Counted from the whole stretch's first letter, positions 1-14,589 are shown. The stretch: 64,000 bases of DNA, filler included, from Octopus bimaculoides (GCF_001194135.2; 7 parts of 7 records of this genome joined end to end with filler, not necessarily neighbours in it), one strand, 5' to 3'. Notes: generated from the sequence alone by a model not told the origin. Numbers and translations are program-made.

Positions 1-10
1 TATACATATA

Positions 11-177
11 TACGACGGGCCTCTTTCAGTTTCCGTCTACCAAATCCACTCACAAGGCTTTGGTCGGCTCGAGGCTAAAGTAGAAGACCCTTGCCCAAGA
101 TGCCACGCAGTAGGACTGAACCCGGAACCATGTGACTGGTAAGCAAGCTACTTACCACACAGCCACTCCCGCGCCTA
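11..177 (-). mobile_element. tRNA-headed SINE, family B (CORE-like), 5' half
   Basis: Reverse complement reads GGCGCGGGAGTGGCTGTGTGGTAAG...GGTTCCGGGTTCAGTCC...TTGGGCAAG (A/B-box-like head plus a CORE-like TTGGGCAAG motif); many copies elsewhere in the window. Confidence 0.85.
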
Positions 178-431
178 TGATAAGGGAAAAACTTACAACC
201 TTTTACGTCAATAAACTATTATTGTTCCTGAAAGTTGTTTTTTATATCTACCATTGATTGCTAGAATTTTTCTAACTTCCTACACCTAGATCCTTGGATC
301 TTACAATTACATATCAATAACACCCACACGCACGCACAAATATACATATACATAACTAGAAGCGTACATGCATATATGCATATGTGCGTGTGTGCGTGTG
401 TGTGTTTGTGTGTGTGTATGTATACACTTAC

Positions 432-818
432 TGTGGAGGCGCAATAGCCCAGTGGTTAGGGCAGCGGACTCGCGGTCATAGGATCGCGGTTTCGATTCCC
501 AGACTGGGCGTTGTGGGTGTTTATTGAGCGAAAACACCTAAAGCTCCACGAGGCTCCGGCAGGGGATGGTGGCGAACCGTGCTGTACTCTTTCACCACAA
601 CTTTCTCTCACTCTTACTTCCTGTTTCTGTTGTGCCTGTAATTCAAAGGCTCAACCTTGTCACACTGTGTCAGGCTGAATATCTCCGAGAACTACGTTAA
701 GGGTACACGTGTCTGTGGAGTGCTCAGCCACTTGCACGTTAATATCACAAGCAGGCTGTTCCGTTGATCGGATCAACTGGAACCCTCGACGTCGTAAGCG
801 ACGGAGTGCCAACAACAA
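432..818 (+). mobile_element. Full-length tRNA-derived SINE, family A, with 16-bp TSD
   Basis: Head GGAGGCGCAATAGCCCAGTGGTTAGG...GGTTTCGATTCCC; (CAA)n tail; direct repeat GTATGTATACACTTAC at 416-431 and 819-834; second copy at 13530-13888. Confidence 0.9.
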
Positions 819-1737
819 GTATGTATACACTTACATATACACACACATTTGACGGTATTTCGTATTTCATTCACACACGGATTTCGTCGACTCTAAGTCA
901 CGGTAGGAAACACCAATTACCCAATGCATCACACGGTCATCAAAGTGTTGCATTACAAAAAAAAAGAAGCCTTCTCAAGAAATGAACAAATGCATTTTAG
1001 CATCGTTGTTTTGGAAACAACATTATAGTCTGCTGTAGCAATAATAATAACAAAGAATACAACAATAAGAAAATTAGTTAACAAACATAAAACAGCAGCA
1101 ACGATTAAAAAAATATAAAATTGTGTTAAAAAAAGTGTGATAAATAAACAAATAAAGGATGATAAATTAGCGTAGAATAATTAAACAGAGAAAAATGAGA
1201 GAGAATAATAATTATTTTACCCCTGATTTTTCAATTATTTCGGAGAGATACACACGCACACACGCATATACACACTCGTATATACACATGCACATATATA
1301 CACACACACACATACACAAACACATAGACATATATTTATTTATTTATTTATTTATTTATTTATACATTTAGATATTATCTTTTAATATATCATTCACATA
1401 TTTTAAAATCAATTTGGAACATATTAATGTAATTATACATCTGGACCCAGCCACCCACCCCCTCAAATACACACACACAGACACACACACAAGCACACAT
1501 CTACATGCCGACGTATATACATATGTATTAACATTTTTAGGTGTACAGAGATTTTGATATATGTGCGTATATTTCTACATACAGACGCGCAACACTTTCT
1601 CACATAATATATAAACACAAAAAATACATATGCACTTATATCTCCAAGCACACACATACATATATGCTATACGTATGCATTTGTGTGTATGCATATATGT
1701 GTGTAGATATGTATATCTATATATCTATATATAAATA

Positions 1738-1798
<61 letters not shown>

Positions 1799-1854
1799 NN
1801 NNNNNNNNNNNNNNNNNNNNNNNNNNNNNNNNNNNNNNNNNNNNNNNNNNNNNN

Positions 1855-1917
<63 letters not shown>

Positions 1918-2009
1918 CATACACCTACACATATATATACATATGTTTATATATATATATATCTGTAATGTAACATAAATGTATATATGCGTATGTGTTT
2001 GTGTGTGTG

Positions 2010-2049
<40 letters not shown>

Positions 2050-2089
2050 TACGTACATATATTTATATATTAATCATTATTAGACTTGT

Positions 2090-2900
2090 TCTGTCTGCAC
2101 ACACAGAAAGTAAGAAACACTGGTGCCACCAAACTTTAAACTTGATATTAATTGGAATGTCATTTTCGTTAGAAATATTTCTGATTATCGCAATGTTGTT
2201 GTTGAACGCTAAACTATCTATAATTCAGATGGAATAACATTGGTACTGTCAATAGTTCCACGATAAGTCGCCTATGGTTATTGCAATTCTGAAATATTTG
2301 AAAATTTATATTCACAAGTTGTTGCTTTTTTTTTTATTGTTGTTTGTACTGTTGCAGTTAAGGTTTTAGGACTCAAAATTACTAGCTGTTATCCACTTCT
2401 AAATCAGTAAGTATTTTTAGAAGACAAAGTTTCTTGAACAGAGAAAGCAGATTTCCAGATCAAAACAAAGCTTAGCATTTTTGTTGGGAGGGATTTAGTA
2501 AGTTAATTACTGGTATTCGACTTGTATTTTATTGCAGTGTTCCGTAAAAAATTAGTGACAAAAGGAGCCTGAGCAGCATTTGAATCTATTTGAATTTCAG
2601 GAGAGGAAATAAAATATCGAAAAGCAATTTTCCTATACCGTACTGACTGTGTCAAACGACTGCTCTGATCTAGATTCGGAACATAGACCCAAAGCCACAA
2701 ATTTATGGGGTTCAGTGATAATAGGGGTAATTCAGAAGGGAGACATGGTGTGAATGTAGTGACTGATGAGGGAGTGAAGAAATGTACTTATTCTGAAGAC
2801 ACAGCTTTCATGTGGTGTCTGATGATTACGTCATCCACAACCGGCATTTCAATTACATTTTTCACGTCCTGTATGAAAACAAGTTTGAAGATTTTCTAGC
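2090..2900 (+). pseudogene. Degenerate, internally deleted pogo-like transposase with C-terminal PHD-like remnant
   Basis: Broken frames give ..IYNSDG.. (cf. the IxNxDETG first-D motif) and ..GFSDNRGNSEG/ETWCECSD../EKCTYSEDTAF.., resembling the PHD-type tail of pogo-family transposases; multiple stops and frameshifts. Confidence 0.4.
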
Positions 2901-3451
2901 AAATGAAAAGGTCGTCTATTTCAAAGTACCACTTCACTTAGCAATAACGAATAAGACTTAGCATTATCATTTTATAAATAAATAATCTCGGTTTTAAGAA
3001 GATAAGTCACATGGACACTGACAAAATGCTAGAAGGCTTTTGACTAGAAGGTCTTAGTCAAACCTGATCAAGGGTTCAATAACAACATTTATTGTTCTTA
3101 GTTATCATTTTGCTTTAACCTTAAGAAATTTATAACTAAATAACTCTATAAGTATATAATGATCTTTTTTACTTAGGTAAATTTTCAGGGGAGTGGGTCG
3201 AATCAGGTCTGGTGTATTACTGGTGAACATAAATTATATTAATCCCAGATGAAGGTAAGTCCAACCGCAGTGAGATTTGAATTCACAACATACTTTAAGA
3301 AATGGTTTAGCCTATGCTATGTAAATATTTATGTATATGAAAATTATACATGAATATGTTTTTTGTTAATTAACATACGCATATGTTTATGAATATAGAA
3401 ATACAAGTATTTGTATGTTTACAAATCTTCATTAGTGTATATATAATAGGG

Positions 3452-5396
3452 ACTGAATGAGCATAGCTAGATTACAAAAAAAGCATATGACATGGTGCCA
3501 CACAGTTGGATAAGTAAAACAATGAGCATGTTTGGAAAAGTAAAAAAAACAAAAAAAACATGGAGAAAATGCTTAATGAAAGTATGAAACATTAAAATAC
3601 TGAATTGATCAGAGGAAAACAAAAACTCAGAAAAGTGAACATCAAACGTGAAATATTCCAAGGTGATATCTTATCTCCATTACTATTCGTATTGGCCATG
3701 ACACCGCTCACTATGACACTACGAAAAGTTAAAATTGCTCACGATTTGGGAAAACGAAATGGTCAGATAAGTCATCTCTTTTTCATGGAAGATATAAAGG
3801 TTTATGCGAAAAATGAGAAACAGCTTGAAAGTCTTGTACATACTATCTGCCTTTTCTCAAATGACGTAGGTATGGAATTTGAGGTAGAAATGTGCATATT
3901 GAAAATGAAACGAAGAATATTTGAAAGAAGCCAGGGAATTGAAATGACAAATGGGGAAACAATGAGAGCGGTTGAGAAAGGACAGAGGTTTAAGTACTTG
4001 GGAATACTGGAAGCAGACGAAATTTAAAAAAAATGAAGAAATGAAACAAATTACCAGTAAAGACTACACAAGGAAAGTCAGAAAATTATTGCAGTCAAAG
4101 CTGAATTCCAAAAATCTCATTGAAGCAATAAATTCAAGAACAGTACCCTTAATCAGATACGGAGCTGGAATAATAGACTGGACCAGAAACGAATTAAAGA
4201 AGCTTGACAGAAAAACTAGGAAGTTGTTAACATGTATGGAGCCCACAATCCGAAAGCTGATATTAACCGGCTATACTTGAAGAGAAACTAGGGTGGAAGA
4301 GGTTTAATGGCTGTAGAAGAATGTGTACAGATAGAAAGAAAGAGTCTAGCAGAGTATTTGCAGAGTAGCACAGAAAAAACTACTAAAGACAGTTAAGAAA
4401 GAACAGGTGATGAAGCACGTAATAGGAGAAAAGGACAAGAATGAAATACAAAGAGAGCACAACAGACAGATCGAAGAGACACCTCTGTATGACCAATTAA
4501 AGAGAGCCACTGAAGACGTAGGTGGAACATAATTCATGTCGTGTATGTAAACAACAAAATGAAACCATTGATCATGTCTCCATGTGAAATCTTCTTGCGC
4601 CTACAGAGTATCTAAACAGGCATGATAGAGCAGCACAATATATTCACTGGGTAATTTGCAAAAACTTGGACCTGCCCCATGATGAAAACTGGTGGAAGCA
4701 CAAACCACCTCCAGCGCTTAAAAATGATCACATCTCACTTCTCTATAACTTTACTGTTCAAACTGACAGAAAGATAGATGCGAATAGGCCAGACATTATA
4801 TTGAAAGACTCCTCATTGATATGACTGTCCCAATCGACATATATGTATCTATCAAGAACTACCAAAAACTGACGTGGTAATGCCGGGAGATCAACATATC
4901 ATCATGAAAGAAAGAAAAAGGGTTGATAAATATGGAAACCTGAGAATTATGATCGCTAAGATGCGGCAACTACGAGAGTCAAACATAAAGGTTATCTCTA
5001 TTGTCATCGGAGCATTGGGTTCAATATCAACTAATCTTAAAAAAAAAATCTGAAAACTTTAGAAATACCCTACAGTCTAGCTGTATTGCAAAAATCGGCA
5101 TTACTTGGAACTGCACACATATTCTTTTCTACTATAAGTACAAGGCTCAAAATTTTAGGAAGGGGGCAGTCGATTAGATCGACTCCAGTACGCAACTGGT
5201 ACTTAATTTATTGACCCCGAAGGGATGAAAGGCAAAGTCGACCTCGGCAGAATTTGAACTCAGAACATAAAGACAGACGAAATACTGCTAAGCATTTCAC
5301 ATAAAGTATTGTCTGTCTGAGATCCTTGTTGTGACTTGACAAACAATACAATATCTTCAATCAATAACCTCACGATACTGTATACTGTGCGATGTC

Positions 5397-5470
<74 letters not shown>
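3452..5470 (+). mobile_element. 5'-truncated R4/Dong-like non-LTR retrotransposon (RT plus REL endonuclease), decayed, ending in (TAA)n
   Basis: DYKK/AYDMVPHSW, IFQGDILSPLLF, HLFFMEDIK (RT); IHWVICK, DRKIDANRPDIILKD (REL nuclease); LQKSALLGTAHI..HKVLSV* C-terminus; 3'UTR then (TAA)n at 5399-5470. Confidence 0.9.
5124..5298 (-). mobile_element. SINE family C fragment nested in the R4-like LINE ORF
   Basis: GTCGATTAGATCGACTCCAGT...GACCCCGAAGGGATGAAAGGCAAAGTCGACCTCGGC matches the copy at 30644-30878; it splits the LINE peptide GTAHI(L)/HKVLSV. Confidence 0.85.
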
Positions 5471-5471
<1 letters not shown>

Positions 5472-7423
5472 GACTGCTGAAAACTTGTGGATACCTAAAG
5501 CTACAGGTTGTAACCCGCGATCCACATAATCCCTACGAGGGATAACACCGAACCTGAGACAAACCAAAATAATAATATATTATATGTATGCATATATGTA
5601 TGCAATAAACTATGCATTTAACACTTACTTTTCGTCAATCTACTTTTATTGTTTCTTTCTTTTAACAAGAATCATAACACTATACTACAATAAGCTAGAT
5701 ATGTATAATTAAAAGGATCGTTTTCTTCCACCAATGTAACACTGTATATTTAAATTTCTGTACATATGCATAATGTCGTTTCCAGTATATTCAGATGTGT
5801 AATTATAATCATGTTCCAATAAACTTTACCTTAAGATACTGCGCACTATCAAGACATCAACATCTATATAATAATAAAATATAGGATCGTATATATTAGA
5901 AATGCTATATCCACAAAATTTTAAATTCTTCTGCAAACGCAACTACGCACGCATACATACATACGCATACGGACGCTCACACAGTTTATTAAGAAACCAA
6001 ATATATTTCTCACTCAAGCCAGTTGATCTCATAAACACAACTAGTAAATAGCTTCAAAAACCTTTAACTAAAGCAGATTTTGGAACCTCAAGGTCATTTC
6101 TTCACCAAACCATTGAGGTCATGATAAATGTAACTTTGTTTTTACCTTCTCTTATTAGTAATTCTCACCATGGTGACCTGCAGGCAATGTCTAAATGCAT
6201 CAGCACGCTATACTATTATCGCCACAGCATGAGGAATATTTCGATTTTCTCCTTACGGGTAAAAATTGTTTCCGTACTTTGCAGTTCACTAACCATCTGT
6301 AATTACAGGTGAAATCTCATTCCAATTAATTTTCCTCCAGCCTGAGTGGTGAATTGCCAATCATTGATTATAAGCACCACAACGATCACAACCAATTTTA
6401 ACTTCAACAACTACAACTACAACTACAACAAAAAGGAAAATCGAAACTAGCATCACAAAGTAATTTTGTGATTAAGAAGGTTGTTCTGGTTGACTATCTT
6501 TAGTTTCTGAGGTTGGAATATCTGAACACATTTTGCGTAAAACTCGACCATTATTATTCCGATCGTTACTCGAAGGATTTTTCTATTGGCATTCACTCAT
6601 TGCTAATGTCTAATAACCACACCCACAAATTCTTCAGTAAAAGAATATTCCTCTGCAGCTATCGGACTCCTTTCTTATAAATTACATCTTTGGAGACTTC
6701 TTCCCTATCACTAATATCTTTGAAGAACCGGCCACTAGCACCTTAAATTATACATTTCTCTATAAAAGTCGCATCAAAAAGTGGCAGTTTTTGATAGACT
6801 AGCCAAAGGCACATTGTTTTTCATACTTTCTATTGTCTAGTATGTGGTTGAACTAAATGAAACACACGCTTCTGTTCATTATAATTTGTTCTATCTTACT
6901 GAAATCAGAACTGAAAATATTGTATTAAATTTATGAAGTATCTCCATATTTATAGCATATTGATTTTTGTTTAAGCCACAAAGTGAGCTTGGAGATTTTT
7001 GTCGTTTGAACAATTTCCCAGTATATAACTGTTATTTATACTAACTCTATACTCTTTGTGTTGGCGACCTAAAGGGAACTGCTTGAAATAAAACACTATA
7101 ATTTTAATACTTCTTATATCTATAACACATTGTATTAATTTGTTTATTCTACTTCTGTGTGCACGAAACAGTATTATACCACAAACACATTATACATAAA
7201 TCGTTGTGTCTGTGTGTTTGCTTCAGTGGGCCTGAACTCAGAACTGTGTGGTTCCGAATTCAGTACCACTACGTGGCACCTTGGGAAAATGTATTCTACT
7301 ATCGCTTCAGTCCGACCAAAGCTTTGCGAGTGGAATTGGTATGTATATATATGTATGTATATATATGTAAATATATATATATATATATATATATANNNNN
7401 NNNNNNNNNNNNNNNNNGTATAT

Positions 7424-7637
7424 ATAAATATAAACATATAGGGATCAGCAGAAAGTTGCTTCACTAACATACTGAAAATTTAGAAATAGCAGTTAAAAAA
7501 CTACTAATTCTAACTATATGTTTATAATTATAAATGGTTTACCGATAAAGGTTTTTTTGCATACTGAACTACTTGGCAAAATTGTTAATAATTAATAATT
7601 ATTAATTTTATTAATTAATTGGCAATTCTCTGCCCTA
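7424..7637. mobile_element. MITE-like element (short core flanked by long TIRs), partial copy
   Basis: Homologous to 49361-49538, 49875-49960 and 50036-50195; terminus ...GGCAATTCTCTGCCCTA; inner inverted repeat ATAAACATATAG/CTATATGTTTAT around the core. Confidence 0.55.
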
Positions 7638-7649
7638 TATCTATATATG

Positions 7650-7691
<42 letters not shown>

Positions 7692-8323
7692 CATACATAT
7701 ATATGGGGTACGGGGTTGACCCTCTCCACACTGCTTGACAACCGGCGTGTTTACGTCCCCATGATTATAGCGGTTCGGCAAAACAGAACTATAGAATAAG
7801 TACCCGGGTTAAAAAGAAAATGAGTATTGGGGTCGATTAGTTTGATTAAAATTCCTCAGTGCGGTGCCCCAGCATAGCCGCAGTCTAATGATTGAAACAA
7901 GAAAAAAAAATTATCTTTCTTATTTTGAAGTGAATATTAAGCGCTTACTTATTATTCATTCATATTTTCATTGTTTATTTTCCCGCTTATATTCTGAATT
8001 TTAGTTTTCTCTTCCTCTCTAACAAGATAGCTATAGTGCTTGAGTCAGTGAGGTAGCCTATACGTAGTCGTAGGAACGGCTAGAAATAGAAGTCAAATCT
8101 CCTTCAGACACACTCTGCCGTTTTTAAACGCAAGGACATACTGGATAACCCGAGACACACTCCTTGAACAAAAGTTGGGATTATCACTGAGGGAAATCTT
8201 TATATAATAGGATCTGTTAATTCATGGCATGACCTGCTAAACATTTACAACAACCCCTTATACAACTGGTGTTTATTCTACCTATTATTATGAAGCATTA
8301 ATTATTTCACTGCGAAACATATA

Positions 8324-9516
8324 TAAAGTCATCCCATAAATAATGCGGTTTTTCAATTTCAAGAACTAAAAGTCGGAGGGGGACGGGATAAACTACCTGT
8401 ATCAACTTGTTATAAAAGAAGGTAGTAATTTTACCTTGTACTTTTTCTTAGTGTAAGTTTTGAAAATTGCAGTTAGATTTTAACAGTTATTTTTCAAAGC
8501 TATAATGGAAGTGACAAAAGAGCATATTCGGCATATTTTACTTTATTATTTCAATGAAGGCAACAACGCAACAGAAAGTGCGAAGAATATTAATGCTGTA
8601 TATAGCAATCGGACAATAAGAGTAGGCCAATGTCAACGGTGATTCCAGAAATTCTGAGCCAGAAACTACAGCCTAGAAGACGAGCCGCGTCCTGGAATAA
8701 AATCCCATCGTAACCGTTGAAGAACTAGCAGAGAAACTTGGATTCGGTCATTCAACCATTCATGGACAACTGCGTGCCATTGGAAATGTCAGCTAATTGG
8801 GTCAATGAGTTCCTCACAAACTTTCCGAGTCTAATCGCACCCAGAAAGTGAATGTGTGCTCTTCTTTGCTGTCACGTCTCACGAATGGACCTTTTTTCGA
8901 CCGAATAATAACTGGTGAGAGATGAGTTCTCTATAAAAATGTCAATCACCGAAGACAGTGGGTAGGGAAAGGAGAAACACCGGCATCCCAGGCTAAAGAA
9001 AGTATTCACCCACGTAAGGTGTTGTTATCTGTTAGGTGGGATATGAAAGGTTTGGTCCACTTTGAACTTGTAAACCCAAACCAAACGATAATAAAGGAGT
9101 CTACTGCGCGCAGCTTGAGCGGCTAAAGTCAACGCTAGAAGAAAAACAACCATCTTTGGTTTCAAGACGAAGGGTGTTCTTCTATCAGGATAATACTTGG
9201 CCATATACAGCGAGGATAACATTGCAAAATCTGGAGCAGTTTGAATGATTATCATTTATTCTGCAAGTCTTCAAAATCATTTGGACGGAAAAAATATGAA
9301 TTATGTTGACGATGTCAGAACAGTACTGGAGGTGTATTTTTCATCACGGACAAGTGAATTCTGAAAGAGGAGCCTTGCAAGTCTACCAGATAGATGGAAG
9401 AGCATTGTAGAAAATGAAGGAGAGTATATTTTAGATTAAAAAAGCACTTTGTTTATCTTAATCTTGAAAAATAAAAGAGGTAAAGAAAAAACGACATTAT
9501 TTATGGGCTGACGCAA
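8324..9516 (+). mobile_element. Near full-length mariner transposon, defective
   Basis: Imperfect ~27-bp TIRs (GTCATCCCATAAATAATG / CATTATTTATGGGCTGAC), TA on both sides (8322-8323, 9517-9518), ~1.2 kb, internal transposase pseudogene. Confidence 0.92.
8505..9439 (+). pseudogene. Mariner (Mos1/SETMAR-type) transposase pseudogene
   Basis: MEVTKEHIRHILLYYFNEGNNATESAKNINAVY.., SLEDEPRPG, *VPHKL (WVPHEL motif), DRIITG, HPRKVLLSVRWDMKG, YQDN; YSPDLAP segment deleted; stops and frameshifts. Confidence 0.88.
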
Positions 9517-9977
9517 TAGTTGGTATTTTCTGCAAGTCACGTTACCTCAATAATCTCGACATATCTCAACAATAAGATATTTTTAACATGACATTCCTCA
9601 ATTAAAAAGAAGCTTCCCGCAGTTAAGGTAATGACATTTTGAGGGTTATAGCTGATACCCATGGCAAAATGGTTAAGCAATCTAGTCTCCTTATTCTTTA
9701 CTGTAAGAGACTATTCCATGAATTGAAGGCTGAAACTGACATTCCTCCAAATCCGCTCATTCTTGCTACGCATTGCATTCTATCATTGTTTTCCAGAAAT
9801 TTTCCTCATTTTTGCTACTCGTTTCAGAATTTTGTCATTGTTGCCAATTTTTCTTCTCAAACCTAAACACCAAGTATTTCGTAATACAGTTTATCCTTAA
9901 ACCACAAATCCGTGGAACCTATTATTTTTTTTTCATTCATTCTTGAAATAATCTTCCAGTATTATAGTTCCACTTAC

Positions 9978-10190
9978 GGCGGCGAGTTGGCAGGATCGTT
10001 AAAATGCTGGGTGAAATGCTTAGCGGTATTTCGTCCGTCTTTACGTTCTGAGTTCAAATACCGCCGCGGTCGACTTTACTATTTATTCTTTCGGAGTCGA
10101 TAAAATAAGTACCATTTGAGCCCTGGGGTCGATGAAATTGACTTACTCACTTTTCTGGAAGTGCTGGCTTTGTACCAAAATTTTAAACCA
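9978..10190 (+). mobile_element. SINE family C copy
   Basis: GGCGAGTTGGCAGGATCGTTA...GAGTTCAAATACCGCCGCGGTCGAC...GATAAAATAAGTACC...GGGGTCGATG. Confidence 0.8.
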
Positions 10191-10946
10191 ATATTACAGT
10201 TCCACTTTGTATTGACTTAACCAGTCTCTAGCCTTGCAAAATTTCCCGTTCTTGCTCGATATACTGATATGATGTTCATATTGTAAATATGACCATTATT
10301 TTCCAACCCCAAGGAACATTTCCGAGGGACTGTTTAGCTCTAGCCTCATGGCGTAAAATAGATGAGAGATAATACTCTTAGAAGATAGTGCGCCAGTTTA
10401 TTGCACTTGATCTTTATATCAAATAGCTTTATAACTCGAAGCAACAAAAGGTTAATACAGAGAATAATAGAGAATAAAGGTTAATGCAAATGCCTGCAGC
10501 ATATTTGGACTCTTGATGTGCACTTCAAATGTTTCAGTATCTTAACCAACTAGTAAAGTAATATTCGATTCTACATGTGATAATAATCAACAAAAATACT
10601 GATCGAGTGAGATATAAACTTATAGTAGCAGTATATCGATATCATTTGATAGCACATTTGTGTATATGGTTGGTCTTGTTTTGAATCAAGTTAGCTCAAA
10701 TCGACTAAACCTATTTTCAGTTTTATTCCGCCATGATAATCACGTCCTCTTACAGGCCAAAGTGTGCATTATACAATGTGCTTTTTATTAAAAAGAAAGA
10801 AAAAAAAAAGGATTGGGTAGTAATAATATGAGAAAGATATAATTCTTATTTCATGCAGTTTCGAGCGAATGCTTGAGGTTCAAGACTATCTATCATGCTA
10901 AATCAAAATCATGCATTGTTCAGCCGTACAATAAGTATATATTATA

Positions 10947-11324
10947 TTTCATCTTTTAATTGTTTCAGTCATTAGACTACAGCCATGCTGGGTCACCACC
11001 TTGAAGAACTTTTTGTCGAATGAATCGATCCCTGTACTTATTTTTTTGCAAATCTGGCACTTATTCTCTCGGACTCTCACTCTAAGTTAAGGAGACGTAA
11101 ACACACCAACATAAATCAAGCGGTAATAGGGGATAAATACAGACACAAAGACAAAGACACATACTATAGGCTGCTTTCAGTTTCCGTCTACGAAATTCAC
11201 TCACAAAGTTTTAGTCAGCTCGAAGCTATAGTAGAAGGCACTTGTCCCAAGATGCCACGCAGAGGGATTGAACTCGAAACGATGTGGTTGAGAAGGAACC
11301 TTCTTACCACACAGTCACGTCTGT
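10947..11324 (-). mobile_element. SINE family B, near full-length
   Basis: TTTCAGTCATTAGACTACAGCCATGCTGG (3' end) through TTTCAGTTTCCGTCTAC...GATGCCACGC...CTTACCACACAG (head). Confidence 0.8.
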
Positions 11325-13529
11325 GAAAATTATCATACAGTACAGTATAAACAGGAGATAGCATACAATGTTAGGTGGAAAACTAGATTAGTATCCGGTG
11401 AAATAAGCAGAGATGCTTTGTCCCATGCAGTAACTGCAAGCTCTTCTTCTGGGAGTCACAAAAACTATCGGAAAATCGGAGCTACTTGCGTATCATTAGC
11501 ACGCATATCAGGGTCACAAACGTTTCGCACATTAGCTTGCAGGTTTCATTTGAGTGATGCAGAGTTCCATCTGCGGTCTCTTCTTGCCTATTTTTTACGT
11601 AATTTATCACAGCTATGTCTCACACGTACACACACACACTCGTGTTGTTTTAAAGACGGACAAGGCATATTATTTCTATACGATATTATATTGCGAATAT
11701 AATTTTTGGCAATGCAAAAGCACCACTCGGCTTTCAACTGGAGCTTAATCTGCGAACTTAAAAAAAAACAAAAAAATCATTAGCAGATTTGGTTTACATT
11801 TCAAAGAATTTCTTCAACCCAAATCAATAGATTTCTGACTCAGGAGACATACATTTTGTGAGTGAAAACATTCGATTGAATCGATTCTATAACAAAATTG
11901 GTATTATTTTTATCGATTCCTAGAGGAAGGAGAAAGCAAAGACAACTTCTATTTGGATTTGAACTCATAAGTTAAGGGAAATTAAACTAAATATTCCAAG
12001 ACATTTTGTCTGGTGATTTACCGATTCTGTCACCAAGTAGCCTCCATAAACAAGCAAATAGATATAAAAATAAATAGATTTAGAAACAAACCGAAAAATG
12101 TAAACATAACACAAAAATGTAATATATAAGTAAATCAATCAATCTCTTTTTTGGCTATTGCGAAGCATTGTGTTAGACGAACAGACCTACTACATTGATA
12201 AGAAACCTGAAACAAACACAAATTATTCCCCATTCGTAATGAATTGATTCAAAGTTGAAGTATTCGGCAACCCAAGCAAACGTATTTCTCTAAACGTATG
12301 AATAAACGAGAAAAAATGCAGTTTTTATGATTTCTGTTTTCATGAGATAAACTGCTATTACAGAAAGAAATAGCAACAACTAAAAGCAAACAAAACCAGG
12401 CATAACCAAAATAAATACATTTGCATAATGTTCATTCTTATATATAACTACATGCAGCATACCTATAAACACACACACACATAAATATATATATGATGTA
12501 CATACATACACCCAGTAAAGTAACATTTTTGCGTTATTTTCTCTGTCCAGATTTAGTTCAAATGTTCAAATTTATTTGTACAACGAATTCGTACTTAATC
12601 ATTAATTATTTTGTAGTTTAATTCATTAAAATTATAGATCATAAAATACATTGTAAAAATCTATTTATAATACGCTATAATATATAATGCACATTAGGTT
12701 TTCGCGCCTAAAACTGTCTTATAAACGTGTGAAACACGATATTGCCCAACGAGACAATATTGCTAGAAAAGTAGATATTCTACTACTATTATCCGATATA
12801 TTAGTTTTTAATATATACCACGAAAAAATCTAAAAAATAAAGCTTTATTATTACATCGTTCTTTTTCTTAATATAATTGGATTGGGAAAACTTAAAAGTC
12901 CAATTACTCGTTATTTCTAATTTTAATCTTTACTTTCATACTTCGCGCACACACAAAGAAAAATGCGTACTTTATATGGAGCATTACAGTAGCTGATTTT
13001 GAAAGAAAATGGCAAATTACGGGAGGTGTCTCCCAGAAGTTGTCTAAATCATGAAAGATATTTCTTCATGTAGGGAACAGTTTTTGTATCAAATATCTTA
13101 AGATGGAAACATAATAATATTCAACCTTGAATTTTTTTTTATCAAGAATTGTTCAAGTATCTTTATTGGACCTATACAACATTTTAAACAATAAAATCCC
13201 TACGATTATTAACGTTTCTTAATCTTAGTTCTCGCATATATTAGTGAAACTCTCTTTTATAGAGGAAAGCCATGATTATGAGAATTATATTATTGACGAT
13301 ATTGACTTTATAGAATTTCAATTTCGACTGTTAACAACAAAAATTGATAGAGGGCCATTGTAATAAAGTAAGAACAAATTCTGGTTAGTGAACGTAACAT
13401 GGAATGATCAGTAAAAATGTAAAAAAAATCTCCGGTGACGTTGATATCAACAGTAAGGACACGTACGATACTACCAGTTATCGTTAAGAAGTGCAGATGA
13501 CTATTACTGGAACAATCATACATTCACTT

Positions 13530-13888
13530 TTGTTGTTGTTGGCACTCCGTCACCTACGACGTCGAGGGTTCCAGTTGATCCAATCAACGGAACAGCCTGC
13601 TCGTGAAATTAACGTGTAAGAGGCTGAGCAGTCCACAGACACGTGTACCCTTAACGTAGTTCTCGGGGATATTCATCGTGACACAGTATGATAAGGCTGA
13701 CCCCTTGAATTACAGGTACAACAGAAACAGGAAGTAAGAGAAAATTGTGGTGAAAGAGTACAGCAGGGTTCACCACCATCCCCTGCNNNNNNNNNNATAA
13801 ACACTCACGACGCCCGGTCTGGGAATCGAAACCGCGATCCTATGACCGCGAGTCCGCTGCCCTAACCACTGGGCCATTGCGCCTCCAC
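13530..13888 (-). mobile_element. tRNA-derived SINE family A, with 12-bp TSD
   Basis: Reverse complement of 432-818; flanked by ATACATTCACTT (13518-13529) and ATACGTTCACTT (13891-13902); 10-N gap inside. Confidence 0.9.
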
Positions 13889-14589
13889 TAATACGTTCAC
13901 TTAATCAAGGCTAAAAAGTAAAAAAGCAGCAAGAACAAAACGAACCCATGATGAACTCTCTACATAGTGGCTTGACCTTCTATAAATAGTCAAAACTCTC
14001 TTAAATCTGCGGACTAGCTTTTTTTTAAATGAAAAAAAAAAAAAAAACGCAGTAAAGCCAAAGAATTGCTTTCCATGAATCTGTTAATCGGAAGGTAATG
14101 CAGTGCACATTGTGCGTTGCAAGGCCTTCGAGACTTGTGATAGAGAGATAGAGATCCCGAAACCGGAAATCTAACCCAATGCTTGCAACAGAGTGGGCTC
14201 TGGTAAAAGATACCGAAGGTACCAGATGATGGTGGCTGCAGTTTAAGTCTACCAGCTATGTAGGCCATGAAGGAATTTGAACTTTGAACGCAAAGAATAA
14301 GAAGAAATACTTCACGGCATCCAGTCCGAAGTTTTTACTGCTTCGCAAATCCACCACCTTCAGTTGCTACTTTTTATCGACCGTGAAATGATGAAAGGCA
14401 AAATTGGTCTCGGTGAAATTTGAACTCAGAGCGCAGTAAGTCGGAACAAATATCATAAAGAAGTCTGTCCGACACTCAAACGACACTACCAATTCCTCGA
14501 ATAATTAGGCCTAAGTGATGAAAGCCTTTTAAACTCAGACCAGCAAAATGTATACCATGAAATTATGATTAAGAAGCAAATGAAGGAAT

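Noticed and set aside
433-510. tRNA-like sequences (also 13810-13888 and the heads of families B and C)
   Set aside because: They are SINE heads followed by SINE bodies, tails and TSDs, and I see no complete acceptor stem. Not called as tRNA genes.
2358-2406. 49-nt candidate exon with a good acceptor and GTAAGT donor
   Set aside because: It lies within the pogo-like remnant, and joins to nearby acceptors hit stops within a few codons; it cannot be separated from chance or a transposon intron.
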